64,000 bases of DNA. It comes from Thermoplasmata archaeon (GTDB lineage: Archaea; Thermoplasmatota; Thermoplasmata; UBA10834). The notes under the pieces are model-generated. The model was not told where the DNA came from, made no database searches, and worked only from the letters and a program-made list of their open reading frames with translations. Shown here in pieces: positions 10,285 to 20,368 of the stretch. Position 1 is the stretch's first letter. Every line of letters begins with the position of its first letter. The translations under genes were made by a program, and so were the position numbers. The stretch is taken from contig JBFESP010000007.1 of the NCBI GenBank assembly GCA_041548485.1, positions 13,679 through 77,678 on the forward strand, in the 5' to 3' direction.

Positions 10285-10443
10285 ATGGTATCCTGCTACG
10301 ACTGCGACCACTTCGGCACTAACTGCAGGGGCACGCTCCCGCCCATGGAGTACAGGGACAGAATCGATGAGTACTGCGAGAACTTCAAGGTCGTCACGTG
10401 GAGACGAGAGCTCTACAAGCCGGGCGGAGAGACGCGCATCTGA
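10285..10443 (+). CDS. small Cys-rich protein (52 aa), unannotated in the ORF track
   Basis: ATG 10285 to TGA 10441-10443: MVSCYDCDHFGTNCRGTLPPMEYRDRIDEYCENFKVVTWRRELYKPGGETRI. Strong G/C third-position bias. TATA-like GGTTAAGAGG lies about 28 nt upstream, suggesting a leaderless transcript. Confidence 0.5.
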   Translation: MVSCYDCDHFGTNCRGTLPPMEYRDRIDEYCENFKVVTWRRELYKPGGETRI

Positions 10444-11499
10444 TCAAGGCCTATAACGGGCGAGACAGACGTACTCCACCTTCTTCTCTGAGACCCGCCC
10501 CAAGAGGATGTCCTTTCTCACACCGTGTGCGAGCCTGACCGCCCTGCTGACCTCGGGCCACATGGCCTTGTAGTGCCTGGGCACCGCATGGACCAGGTAT
10601 TTCGCGTGGTTCCTTCCGGGGTCGCTCTCGTACGCCCTGAAATGCGACCCGTACTTGAACCCGGTCTTCACGATGAGACCTTTTCCCTTGAGGTCCTTGA
10701 ATGCACTGAGACGGATGCCGAAGTCGGGCTGGAGCTTCTTAGCGCGCTTCTTCAAGGTCTCGAGACCGACGGACCTGTTCGTCCTGCCGTCCCTGAGCTT
10801 CAACACACGCAGCTCCGCGAGGAACACCGCCTCGAGGATGGACAGCTGGAGTATCTTCCCTATCTGCTTCCCGAAGTGGTGCTCGTCCTGCAGGACGGAC
10901 ACCCCCTGCTCGTCCGTCACTATGACCCTGTCGGCCATCACGACCCCTTCTATGCGGCTCTCGGCTTCGAAGACCTTCAGTCGGCCACCTGGTGAGATCC
11001 TCTTGACCTCGTAGTAGGTCACGTCGCTCTCCTCGTCCACGACGGCCAGGAGCAGTTTCTTCCGTATCTCAGACGCCCTATCCAGGTTGTCGAGCATGTC
11101 CCCGAGGTCGAAGGTCGAACGTTCCGATATGGCAGCCACCCACCACTTGCTGGGGGTCTTGTTCGGGGAACCGCCCCTCGGGAAGACCCGGAAATCCAAG
11201 GGTGGCTGCCCCAGCTTGACGATGTATCCCCTCTGTCTCAACTCGCGGTAGACCAGGTACTGGATCTCGAACCTATCCGATGCCTTGTGGGCGAGTCTCA
11301 TCAGTTCCCCTGAACTCAGTGCCTTGCCCCTCGATTCCACCTCTAGTCTGCCGCTGTCGACGAGATACGTGGCCTCCATGAGACTCAGTCTCAGAGAGCC
11401 TCCGGACTGGGGGACGCCATAGTACCCCTTGTTGTGTATCTGGCTCGCCTCGACCGGGTCGGAAACCTCGACCTCTGACGCCTTCAGTACGCCGACCAT
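10444..11499 (-). CDS. endA: tRNA-splicing endonuclease, two-unit (alpha2 homodimer-type) form
   Basis: 351 aa with a duplicated endonuclease unit. The C-terminal catalytic domain carries GFKYGSHFRAYESDP...HAKYLVH (Tyr/His/Lys triad). Confidence 0.88.
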   Translation of the reverse strand: MVGVLKASEVEVSDPVEASQIHNKGYYGVPQSGGSLRLSLMEATYLVDSGRLEVESRGKALSSGELMRLAHKASDRFEIQYLVYRELRQRGYIVKLGQPPLDFRVFPRGGSPNKTPSKWWVAAISERSTFDLGDMLDNLDRASEIRKKLLLAVVDEESDVTYYEVKRISPGGRLKVFEAESRIEGVVMADRVIVTDEQGVSVLQDEHHFGKQIGKILQLSILEAVFLAELRVLKLRDGRTNRSVGLETLKKRAKKLQPDFGIRLSAFKDLKGKGLIVKTGFKYGSHFRAYESDPGRNHAKYLVHAVPRHYKAMWPEVSRAVRLAHGVRKDILLGRVSEKKVEYVCLARYRP

Positions 11500-11648
11500 T
11501 TCGCGTGCGTATGGCGGTTGGTGGTTATTACTGTAGCAGGAGTGATGGCAAGGGACGTTCGCCCGAGTGGTTAAGCGTAACTTTCATATAGAAGTGCTAA
11601 CATATTTCTGTGGTGAAGACTCCCGACTCATGAGAACTGGTGCTTGAG

Positions 11649-13829
11649 ATGCCGAAGAAAGAGAAGATTTTGAGAGTCGTCCAGGCGAAATCGGCGGACG
11701 ACGGCAAAGGCGTAGCCAGGATAGACCCGGCCCTCATGGATATTCTCGGACTGTCCCAAGGGGACGTCGCAGCAGTGGAAGGCACCAAGAACACCGTGGT
11801 CACGGTCTATGAGGGATATGCCGAGGACGAGAACAGGGGGACGATCCGGATTGACGGGGCGACAAGAAAGAATGCCGGTGCCGGACTGGATGACAAGGTC
11901 GGGATACGGAAGGTCGTGCCGAAGCCCGCCACGAAGGTGACGCTCGCACCCACCAGCCCCGTCAAGATACTCGGCGGGGAGGAGTACCTCTCACAGGTCC
12001 TGGACGGGAGGGCTGTGGCTAAAGGGGACCTCATTGAGATCAGCGTCATGGGGCGCAAGTTCGACCTTGTGGTCCAGAGCTTCCAACCGAGCGCCGAAGC
12101 GGTCCTCGTACAGAATTTCACCAAGATCAAGCTGAGCGAGAAGCCCGCCAAAGAGGAGGTGGCGAAAGGTCCCAAGGTGGCCTACGAGGACATAGGCGGC
12201 CTCACGGACGAGGTCGGGAAGGTGAGGGAGATGATCGAGCTCCCCCTGCGTCATCCCGAGCTGTTCGAGAAACTCGGAGTGGACGCCCCCAAGGGGGTGC
12301 TACTACACGGCACTCCCGGCACTGGGAAGACTCTTCTGGCCAAAGCGGTCGCATCAGAGACGAGCGCGAACTTCCTGACAATAGGTGGGCCGGAGATAAT
12401 GAGCAAGTTCCACGGCGAGAGCGAGGAGCGCCTGAGGGACATATTCAAGGAGGCGGCGGAGAACGCCCCGAGCATCATCTTCATAGATGAGATAGACTCA
12501 ATCGCCCCGAAGAGGGACGAGGTCACTGGGGAGACCGAGAGGAGGGTTGTAGCGCAGCTGCTGGCGATCATGGACGGGCTCGAGGGACGCGGCAAGGTGA
12601 TAGTCATCGCGGCCACGAACCGCCCCAACGCCCTCGACCCCGCCCTGAGAAGGCCGGGCAGGTTCGACAGGGAGATAGAGATAGGCATACCTGACAGGGA
12701 GGGGCGCCTGGAGATACTGCAGATACACACGCGTGGGATGCCACTGGCGGACGACGTCGACCTCGCCATGCTCGCGGGCATGACCCACGGCTACGTCGGC
12801 GCAGACCTGGCGGCCCTCACAAGGGAGGGGGCCATGCGGGCGCTGAGAAAGGTCCTGCCCAGCATAGACCTCGAGGAGGAGACGATACCGTCCGAGGTGT
12901 TGAATCGCCTCCAAGTCACCTTCGACAACTTCATGGACGCGTACAGGGAGATGCAGCCATCCACACTCCGCGAGGTGCTCCTTGAGAGCCCGAACGTCAA
13001 ATGGGAGGAGATCGGAGGTCTTGAAGGGCCCAAGCAGGAGCTGATGGAGACGGTCGAGTGGCCGCTGCGGTATGCGAGCCTGTACAGGCACATGACCGCC
13101 GTACCACCGAAGGGCATCCTTCTCTACGGCCCACCCGGGACCGGGAAGACCCTGTTGGCCAAGGCGGTCGCATCCGAGAGTCAGGCCAATTTCATAAGCA
13201 TCAAAGGGCCGGAGTTCCTATCGAAATGGGTCGGCGAGTCCGAGAAGGCTGTGAGGGAGACCTTCAGGAAGGCCCGTCAGGCGGCGCCATGCGTCATATT
13301 CCTGGACGAGATCGACGCGGTGGCGCCCGTCAGAGGCACCTCGTCAGACTCGGGCGTGACGGAGAGAGTCATAAGCCAGCTTCTGACGGAGATGGACGGG
13401 TTGGAGGCGCTGCACAACGTAATCGTGATCGCGGCGACCAACAGACCGGACATCATAGACCCTGCACTGCTCCGCCCAGGGAGGTTCGACAGGCTGGTCT
13501 ACATACCCCCACCGGACCCGGAGGCGAGGAAAGAGATACTCCGGATACACACGAAGGGGAGGCCGTTGAGCGATGATGTCGATATCGACGCGCTCGCGTC
13601 GAAGATGCACAACTTCACAGGCGCCGAGATCGCAGCGGTGGCCAACGAGGCCATCATGCTGGCGATACGGGATTTCGTGCTCAGCGGAGAGGAGCTTGAC
13701 GAGGATAGGATAGGCACGGTCAGGGTTGATATGAAATACTTCGAGAAGGCTATGGAGAACGTGCAGCCCATGAGCGAGACCGAGCTGACGAAATACGAAC
13801 GACTGACACCGAACGCCATGTACAGGTAG
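11649..13829 (+). CDS. cdc48: CDC48/VCP-type AAA+ ATPase
   Basis: N-domain ([27 protein letters not shown]) plus two AAA modules with Walker [16 protein letters not shown] and [15 protein letters not shown]. An in-frame GTG at 11640 is an alternative start. Confidence 0.93.
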   Translation: MPKKEKILRVVQAKSADDGKGVARIDPALMDILGLSQGDVAAVEGTKNTVVTVYEGYAEDENRGTIRIDGATRKNAGAGLDDKVGIRKVVPKPATKVTLAPTSPVKILGGEEYLSQVLDGRAVAKGDLIEISVMGRKFDLVVQSFQPSAEAVLVQNFTKIKLSEKPAKEEVAKGPKVAYEDIGGLTDEVGKVREMIELPLRHPELFEKLGVDAPKGVLLHGTPGTGKTLLAKAVASETSANFLTIGGPEIMSKFHGESEERLRDIFKEAAENAPSIIFIDEIDSIAPKRDEVTGETERRVVAQLLAIMDGLEGRGKVIVIAATNRPNALDPALRRPGRFDREIEIGIPDREGRLEILQIHTRGMPLADDVDLAMLAGMTHGYVGADLAALTREGAMRALRKVLPSIDLEEETIPSEVLNRLQVTFDNFMDAYREMQPSTLREVLLESPNVKWEEIGGLEGPKQELMETVEWPLRYASLYRHMTAVPPKGILLYGPPGTGKTLLAKAVASESQANFISIKGPEFLSKWVGESEKAVRETFRKARQAAPCVIFLDEIDAVAPVRGTSSDSGVTERVISQLLTEMDGLEALHNVIVIAATNRPDIIDPALLRPGRFDRLVYIPPPDPEARKEILRIHTKGRPLSDDVDIDALASKMHNFTGAEIAAVANEAIMLAIRDFVLSGEELDEDRIGTVRVDMKYFEKAMENVQPMSETELTKYERLTPNAMYR

Positions 13830-13855
13830 AGATCCGGCACAGACAGACGATTACC

Positions 13856-14842
13856 ATGCAGAGAACCAAGATCAAGAGACGGGCTGTGACCGCCACCAGG
13901 GACCAGTTGATAGCGAGGGTGAGGGAGACCCTGGCAACCTGCGGGTTCTACGTGTCTGAGCCCCACCATCTCAGAAGCGTCAGCTTCGACGTGATAGCCC
14001 GGAGGGACAGCCACCTGCTCATCTTCAAGGTGCTTTCCAACATAGACTCGCTCTCCCAGAGTGACTCGGACGACCTGCGCGTCCTGGCGACCACGTTGGG
14101 CGGCAGCCCGATCATAATCGGCCTCCACTCGAGCGCGGCAGAGCTGGAGGACGGCATCCTCTACTCGCGATTCGGGCTTCCCATACTGTCGGAGGAATCC
14201 TTCAAGGAGCTGATGTTGGAGGGGGTCCCGCCCCTGGTGTACGCCGCCCCCGGCGGACTTTACGTCAGGATAGACGGCGCGGCCCTGCGCAGGGTGCGGG
14301 AGGAGAAAAGCATATCCCTCGGAACCCTGGCGGAGGCTGCGGGCGTGTCGCGGAAGGCCATCCAGATGTACGAAGCGGGCATGGGCACCATGGTCGAGAT
14401 CGCCGCGAGGATCGAGGAGTTCCTTGACCAGCCAGTCGTTCTGCCGCTGGACCCGTTCGAGTTCACCGCCGAGGTGACCGAACGCCTCAGAACTCTCGAA
14501 ACCATCGACGACCAGAACAGGGAGATCTTTGACATGCTGCGAGAGATAGGATACATGGTTCTCCCGACGAGGAGATGTCCGTTCGATGCCTTCGCGAGGG
14601 AGGAGGAGCTCCTGCTAACGGGGATAGGTGAGGACCGGAGACTTGTGGAGAGGAAGGCCCGGGTCGTCGGGAACCTCTCGAGGATCACGGAGAAGAAGTC
14701 CGTCATCATAATCCAGCAAGGGAGCCAGGTCAAGGCGATCGAAGGGACGCCCTTGGTCTCGAAGGACGAGCTCCGCAAGGCGGACCACTCGGAGGATCTC
14801 ATGAAGCTCATACAGAAGCGCGAGAAGAGGGTGAAGAGATGA
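13856..14842 (+). CDS. putative transcriptional regulator, COG1395-type (N-terminal nuclease-like domain + XRE-type HTH)
   Basis: The central segment ISLGTLAEAAGVSRKAIQMYEAGMG is a classic XRE HTH. Overall size and architecture match archaeal COG1395 proteins. Confidence 0.7.
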   Translation: MQRTKIKRRAVTATRDQLIARVRETLATCGFYVSEPHHLRSVSFDVIARRDSHLLIFKVLSNIDSLSQSDSDDLRVLATTLGGSPIIIGLHSSAAELEDGILYSRFGLPILSEESFKELMLEGVPPLVYAAPGGLYVRIDGAALRRVREEKSISLGTLAEAAGVSRKAIQMYEAGMGTMVEIAARIEEFLDQPVVLPLDPFEFTAEVTERLRTLETIDDQNREIFDMLREIGYMVLPTRRCPFDAFAREEELLLTGIGEDRRLVERKARVVGNLSRITEKKSVIIIQQGSQVKAIEGTPLVSKDELRKADHSEDLMKLIQKREKRVKR

Positions 14843-15468
14843 GAGACATCATGCGCCTCTCGGTCGGCGGCTCGGCCGTCCACATCCTTCCGGTCATCCG
14901 TGGCCTGACATCCGAGATCTCGACGGTCCGGGAAGCGTTCGCCTCGGTGAACCCGGAGGCGGTGGCAGTGTCCCTGTCCAAGGAGGAGGTGGAGGGGTTG
15001 AGGAACCTCCCAGCGGACTTCGAGCCGGAACTCTCGCGATATGACGAGATATACATCCAGGGCCTGGCGGAGTTCGGGGAGGTAGCGGCGCCGCCTCCCT
15101 GCTACGTGGCAGCGATCGAGATCGCCGATTCGGAGGGCGTGCCCGTCCTGCCGATAGACATCGACGAGGCGAGCTACACCGAGCTGTATTGCGCATCGGT
15201 GACGGGGACGACGCTTTTCAGGAACTCGACCAGAACTTGGCATCTCAGCAGGAGAGCGTTCTCCGCGGATACACCGGAGCAATATGTCGTGAAGGTCGAC
15301 AAGGCCTTCAACAACATGCGAGGGTTCAGGAACGTGGAGAGCCAGCGCGCGGAGTGGATGGCCAGAGAGACCTTGAAGGCCGCCAAGAACTTCGAACGAC
15401 TCCTGACTGTGATCGAGTTGGAGCGGGCCGGGGATGTCGCTAGACTGATCGACAAGGCGCCGGCCTGA
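14839..15468 (+). CDS. TraB/PrgY-like family protein (tentative)
   Basis: ATGA overlap with the upstream gene. VHILPVIRGLTSEISTVREAFASVNPEAVAVSLSKEEVEGL resembles the TraB N-terminal pattern (I.L.GT.HVS..S...V...I....PD.VAVEL) but is degenerate. Confidence 0.5.
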   Translation: MRDIMRLSVGGSAVHILPVIRGLTSEISTVREAFASVNPEAVAVSLSKEEVEGLRNLPADFEPELSRYDEIYIQGLAEFGEVAAPPPCYVAAIEIADSEGVPVLPIDIDEASYTELYCASVTGTTLFRNSTRTWHLSRRAFSADTPEQYVVKVDKAFNNMRGFRNVESQRAEWMARETLKAAKNFERLLTVIELERAGDVARLIDKAPA

Positions 15469-15544
15469 GAGCCGCCCCTCCGTCAGAAGACAGTGATAGG
15501 GGAAGGGGGTTTCGGGAGCGGCTCCGCAGTCTACCTGGTCACTA

Positions 15545-18500
15545 CTAGAGCAACAGATTCTCAACGGCCAGGTAGGTCATCCCGCCCCGAACTGCATCGG
15601 TGTTGTACTCCGCGGCGATGTCCTTCACGACGCAATACCACCAGGGTATGGTTTCGCCGTCGCCGACGTGCATGTTCAGGTAGAGAGCGACCTGAGAGGT
15701 GATTGCATCGTTGAGCGTGCTGTTGACCACGATCACGTCGTCGTAGCCGTCTCCGTTTATGTCCGTTACCACGAAGAGACGCGGGGCCGATTCGGCCATT
15801 AGTGCCCTAATGGGCCCTTCGTCGGAGTTCATGGAGCTGTGCAGGTCGATCATGTCGTCTCCCTTGCAGTAGAAGGTCTCGCTTCCATCACTCCAACCAG
15901 CCAAATCCTCCCATGTTTCGGGCGAGTCCGAGGACATGTATCGAACCTTCCAGTCATCTTCGTCGTTCGCGACTATGATTTCAAGGCCGAGGTCGCTCAC
16001 GTTCGCGGACAGGTCGCCGTTTATGTTACCCGCGCGGGCACAGATGTAGCCTTCCGACTTAGCCACGATCTGCTCACGGTCTTCATAGTCTCCAAACGTG
16101 TCGGTGACCACGGCGACATAGTCCAAATACACCGTATCGACTTCCCCTTCCTTACCGCTCTCATTTGTCGATATCGAATCGGTCACCCGTAGCCAAATCT
16201 GCTTGCCGAGGACGGTACTTGGGAGCCGAACCATGTAATCCTCGTAATCCTCCGTTTCCTCAGGAGCTATGTATATCAACGGGATGTAGACTTCGTTATC
16301 CGTCGAGTACCACACGTAGAACCCCTCGACCGCACCGGCGGCCACCTTCGCGCGTACCGTCAGCTGCTGATCGGGGCTCGATGTCAACGACTCGCTTAGC
16401 TGACACGTCCAGTTCAGTTTGCCGCGGCTCTCCGCATCTGGAGCCGAGGAGGAGTTCTCTCTCAGCATCAACACATTGCCATCATCTGCCACGTGAGTGT
16501 AGGTGATTTGGTTATTGGGGTCGACGGCTACGCCCCAGTGCGGAATCGCCTCGCCGCTAGTGAGAGTCTTCACCATCGGTGTGCCGCTCGCGCTGTAATA
16601 ACTCAGCTGTACGCCCTGGATGTCGGCGTCGCTGGCGGCGTCGTCGTCCACCGTGACGATATCCATCATGCCATCATAGTTCACATCGGCAATGTCGAAG
16701 TCGATAATGTTCGAAACGGCATCAACACCGTCTGGAATCGTGGCGATCGGCGAATCTGGGTCCCAGTCCTGCAGGTCGAACACTTCCACCGTCCCATCGC
16801 CGAGCACGATGAGATCGGCGCGGCCATCACCAGTCATATCCTCAAGCGCTATCTTCCTCACGCCGTCGCCGTAGTCCTCCTTGAACACGGACCCCGTCGT
16901 GCCGTACGTGTTGTTGTAGATGACCACCGTGCGACCCATTGTGCTGTAGGCAAAGTCGAGGTCTCCATCTCCGTTGATGTCGCCGGTGTCTATCCAGTTG
17001 ATATCGGCATCGGTATCATCCGTAGTCGGCCTCTGGATGATCGACGCATCCTGCCACGAGCCGAAAGAGTTCAAGCTGTTCTCGATGAAGTAGAGTTTAT
17101 GGCTGCCGTATTGGCCCATGAGTATGTCCTTGTCCCCGTCGCCATCGATGTCACCCAAAGCGAGCGCGCTCGTCGCATAGCAGTCCGCGGCGCTCGGAGC
17201 GTTCGAGTAGTCGTAGAGCGACCTCAGTGAGAAGAAGTTGTTGTTCACAACCTGATAGAGGTATTGCGGGTCGACGAAGTTCGAAGTTCCAGTCACGAAG
17301 CCAGCGCCACCGATGAAGAAGTCGGCCTTCGCCGTGTTGGCTGTCACGTAGATCATTTTGGAGAGCGAATACACTCCCTCGTTGGCATCAGCGAACCTTG
17401 TGATCTTCAAGGTGTATGCGTGGGTGCCGCCGATCCATTGATCGCCGTTGTTGAGACGCAAGTCGATCTTGAACTCGTAAGTCTGGTTGTTCAACTCGGC
17501 CGTGTTAGCCTCCCAGGAGGTGAGCATGTTCCCTGACGGGGGAGTGCCGTCCAGCTGCATATCTCCGCGCATGTCGGTTATTCGGATGGCGTCCACACTC
17601 GGGTCCGGGCTCGAGGCCGCATCCTGAACCTTCACGCTGACGAAGACCTCGCTGTTGGCTGCGACGGAGAGGTCGAACGGCTGGGTCTTCGTCCCCCATG
17701 CCACATCATCAGTTCTCGAAGCGTCGCGGAACAGCCACATATCTGGAGAGAACGATATCGAGGAGCCGGTCTGGGTGATAATAATCGTCTGGGTCGTCTG
17801 GAACACCGTCAGTGTACTGCCCGCACTCTTAAGACTGATTGAAGACGAGTAGGCACTCGGGGGGAGGCCCGCGGTGTTGAACTGGCACTCATACATGAAT
17901 GCCCCACCTGCTGAGCTAATCTCGTAGAAAGGCAGCGACGCACTGCTCGAGCCGGTGTAGTTCGGAGTGTATATGAACCCAGTGCGAGTGTCGACCAGGA
18001 TCAGGCTGTTCATCCCGTCGATGTTGCCCAGCCGCAGGCTTGCGACTCTGATGAAAACCTTCTCATCCTTGACGAAAATCGTGCCTGGCTCGGATATGTT
18101 TATTGCACCGGTGACGTTATCCGCATGGTATATTCCTATCCCCTGGCCATCGCTCATCCATGTGATGTAGCTCGGAAGCCCGCCCTCAAACGGAAGCGTT
18201 TCGATCGGGACGATGGTTGTGTCAGAGGGAAGAACCGTCACTGACATCATGTAGCTTGATACAGTCGTATGCCCAGCGTCATCGGTCGCGTAGAACTTCA
18301 CGATCTTGCCATCGACGGCAGTGACATCGGAGACGAAGCCTTTGTCATCGACGAAGTCGAACCTGAACCACCCGTCCGACGTTTCAGCGTCGGCGTACTT
18401 CTCGGAGTCGCCTTCGATGTTCGAGGCGTCCACGTAGACTGAGCTAGAATCAAGGTCGTTGTCCAGATCTATAATCTTTGCGAAGAGTGAGAAGTTGCTG

Positions 18501-19042
18501 CTGAGCAGGACCGGGTCCGCCGATGGGGTGCCAGCGAGGGCGTCAGCATACCGCTGCAGCACTATCGGCGCATTACCACCGGTACCGCCGCTCACCTGGC
18601 TCACCCACACGGACACGGATTTCGCCAAATCGATGACCGTGACGGTAATCTCGCTAGCGGGGGACGGAACGGTGAAATCCTTAGTCCAATCTATACCCAT
18701 GTACCAATCGGTATGGTCGAAACTGGCATCTTCCGATAGTTTGGTGTAATCAGTGGTCGAATCGATATGCAGGAGGATCGCGGTGTCGGCGGCACTCATG
18801 CTGACACCGCCTGCGTGCGTGACCGTCAGCGAGGCCGTGGTGACGCTATCGACCGTCTCAAACGATATGCTGGCGGCGAAGTCGACCTTCGTCGTCGTCT
18901 CAGGCACGGGCATCTGATCCACATACATCACGATCGAGCTGAAGAGTATCACCGTGATCATGAGGATGAGAATGTTACCGACTACTTCCGAAACACCGCT
19001 CTTATCCGACCGCAACCGCATCTTCCACTGTTCGAAGTTCAT
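15545..19042 (-). CDS. large surface protein with archaeal class III (type IV pilin-like) signal peptide and FG-GAP/VCBS repeats
   Basis: N-terminus MNFEQWKMRLRSDKSGVSEVVGNILILMITVILFSSIVMYV (DUF1628-type pilin-like segment). At least five Ca-binding-type loops: GDIDGDGDKDIL, GDINGDGDLDF, DMTGDGRADLIV, DVNYDGMMDIV, DINGDGYDDVIVV. GGAGG lies 9 nt upstream of ATG 19042; the ORF-track start 19090 is probably too long. Confidence 0.8.
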   Translation of the reverse strand: MNFEQWKMRLRSDKSGVSEVVGNILILMITVILFSSIVMYVDQMPVPETTTKVDFAASISFETVDSVTTASLTVTHAGGVSMSAADTAILLHIDSTTDYTKLSEDASFDHTDWYMGIDWTKDFTVPSPASEITVTVIDLAKSVSVWVSQVSGGTGGNAPIVLQRYADALAGTPSADPVLLSSNFSLFAKIIDLDNDLDSSSVYVDASNIEGDSEKYADAETSDGWFRFDFVDDKGFVSDVTAVDGKIVKFYATDDAGHTTVSSYMMSVTVLPSDTTIVPIETLPFEGGLPSYITWMSDGQGIGIYHADNVTGAINISEPGTIFVKDEKVFIRVASLRLGNIDGMNSLILVDTRTGFIYTPNYTGSSSASLPFYEISSAGGAFMYECQFNTAGLPPSAYSSSISLKSAGSTLTVFQTTQTIIITQTGSSISFSPDMWLFRDASRTDDVAWGTKTQPFDLSVAANSEVFVSVKVQDAASSPDPSVDAIRITDMRGDMQLDGTPPSGNMLTSWEANTAELNNQTYEFKIDLRLNNGDQWIGGTHAYTLKITRFADANEGVYSLSKMIYVTANTAKADFFIGGAGFVTGTSNFVDPQYLYQVVNNNFFSLRSLYDYSNAPSAADCYATSALALGDIDGDGDKDILMGQYGSHKLYFIENSLNSFGSWQDASIIQRPTTDDTDADINWIDTGDINGDGDLDFAYSTMGRTVVIYNNTYGTTGSVFKEDYGDGVRKIALEDMTGDGRADLIVLGDGTVEVFDLQDWDPDSPIATIPDGVDAVSNIIDFDIADVNYDGMMDIVTVDDDAASDADIQGVQLSYYSASGTPMVKTLTSGEAIPHWGVAVDPNNQITYTHVADDGNVLMLRENSSSAPDAESRGKLNWTCQLSESLTSSPDQQLTVRAKVAAGAVEGFYVWYSTDNEVYIPLIYIAPEETEDYEDYMVRLPSTVLGKQIWLRVTDSISTNESGKEGEVDTVYLDYVAVVTDTFGDYEDREQIVAKSEGYICARAGNINGDLSANVSDLGLEIIVANDEDDWKVRYMSSDSPETWEDLAGWSDGSETFYCKGDDMIDLHSSMNSDEGPIRALMAESAPRLFVVTDINGDGYDDVIVVNSTLNDAITSQVALYLNMHVGDGETIPWWYCVVKDIAAEYNTDAVRGGMTYLAVENLLL

Positions 19043-19206
19043 AGAGCAAATCCTCCGGGGGGATGGATAACTCTGCCTACTGTATTCCAACGGGTACGTG
19101 CGTATTTAAACGTGTTGCGGTCATTACCAGCTACCAGCAGAGCGGCCAGCGCGCGTGATATGTTTGGTTGATCAAGAGTCTTCGACGGTGCGCCGAAACA
19201 GCACGG

Positions 19207-19214
19207 TTATATAA
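19207..19214 (+). promoter_or_regulatory. TATA box for the wHTH-NTPase gene
   Basis: TTATATAA ends 23 nt upstream of ATG 19237, consistent with a leaderless transcript. Confidence 0.45.
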
Positions 19215-19236
19215 GGACACAATCATTTCGCGAACG

Positions 19237-20364
19237 ATGCCAGGTCAGCTGAGCGTCAACGAGCGAGTTCTTCTGCATCTATCGAGGTTCGCCGCTGACA
19301 GTCCGCCCGAAGAGTTCTCCCCTGAGAGCACGCAAGTCGGGATTGCCGAGGGGGTGGGGATCTCGCGCACGCACGTTCCGCGCGCGGTGAAGTCCCTCAT
19401 CGAGGATGGGCAGATCGAGGAGCTCAGAGGCAGAGTCGCCAACCGGGATCGACGCATGAGCGTGTACGTGGTCACCCCAGAGGGTTTCCGGAAGGCGGAG
19501 GAGATCTGGGAGAGCGTTCGCACATCCCCTCTTAGCATCAGGAAGGACGGTGTGCTGGAAGAGATGGAAGGGAAGGCCCTCGAGGACATCGTCGGTCGGA
19601 GGCGTGCGATGAGCCTGGTCTCCCAGACAAAGGACGGCGTCGTCGAATTGCCCGAGCGACGGCGGGCTCCCGTCCGGGACCTCCTCAGAGCGCCGTCCCT
19701 CGACGAGTTCCACGGGCGCGAGCGGGAGCTCGGCGCCCTTGAAGCGTTCCTCGGATCAGGCGCGTCCGTCGTCGTCGTGTCGGGGAACAGAGGTTACGGC
19801 ACCACCACCCTCGTCCGCAAGTTCGTGCAGGTCCACGAGGAGAGGGACGTCCTATGGATTCCGGTGAGAGAGCATATCACCCCGGAGGAGGTAGAGTCGT
19901 CAATCGTGGATTTCGGGAAGAGGGTCAGACCGACCGTCGCGGACCTCGCTTCGGCGCTATCGGTGCCGGAGATGATCGTCGTGTTGGACGGATACCGTAC
20001 CGTCAGCGAGGATGTGGTGGAGTTCTTCGCGGCGCTGGTGAACGCTCCGACCGAGGCGAAGCTGATCATCACCTCCAGAGAGGACAATCCCGCCTACAAC
20101 TGGTTCTATCAGAAGAGGCATGTCGAATCCGGCGCTGTGCTGGAGATCAGGGTCCGCGGACTCGACGAGGCGAGCGCTAAGACGCTCTTGGGCAACGCCG
20201 ACATCGAGGACGAGGCGTTCCGCAGGGTGTACCTGATGACCAGGGGGCAGCCGCTGCTGCTCAGGATGCTCAGGGACGACGACGTAGAAGGCCTTAAGAA
20301 GAGCTCTGTGTACACTGCGGAGGAGATCCGGTACCTCCTCTTCCTTAAGGGCAAAACGGGTTGA
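19237..20364 (+). CDS. wHTH + STAND/Arch_ATPase-like NTPase domain protein with a degenerate P-loop
   Basis: N-terminal MarR-like wHTH (IAEGVGISRTHVPRAVKSLIEDGQIEE). It is followed by FHGRERELGALEAFL...VVVVSGNRGYGTTTLVRKF, where the Walker A Lys is Thr, then the Walker-B-like MIVVLDGY and ...MTRGQPLLLRML. Confidence 0.7.
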   Translation: MPGQLSVNERVLLHLSRFAADSPPEEFSPESTQVGIAEGVGISRTHVPRAVKSLIEDGQIEELRGRVANRDRRMSVYVVTPEGFRKAEEIWESVRTSPLSIRKDGVLEEMEGKALEDIVGRRRAMSLVSQTKDGVVELPERRRAPVRDLLRAPSLDEFHGRERELGALEAFLGSGASVVVVSGNRGYGTTTLVRKFVQVHEERDVLWIPVREHITPEEVESSIVDFGKRVRPTVADLASALSVPEMIVVLDGYRTVSEDVVEFFAALVNAPTEAKLIITSREDNPAYNWFYQKRHVESGAVLEIRVRGLDEASAKTLLGNADIEDEAFRRVYLMTRGQPLLLRMLRDDDVEGLKKSSVYTAEEIRYLLFLKGKTG

Positions 20365-20368
20365 GGGG

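Noticed and set aside
11500-11648. Possible small RNA or ORF in the 140-nt gap upstream of cdc48.
   Set aside because: The gap contains two TATA-like boxes (TTTCATATA at about 11582-11590 and CATATTTC at about 11601-11608). It is most simply the cdc48 promoter and leader; I saw no convincing stem-loops or ORF.
14260-15564. 434-aa minus-strand ORF.
   Set aside because: It is antisense to the COG1395 regulator and TraB-like genes, which have recognisable motifs and an ATGA coupling. Its translation is Arg/Ser/Pro-rich with no motifs.
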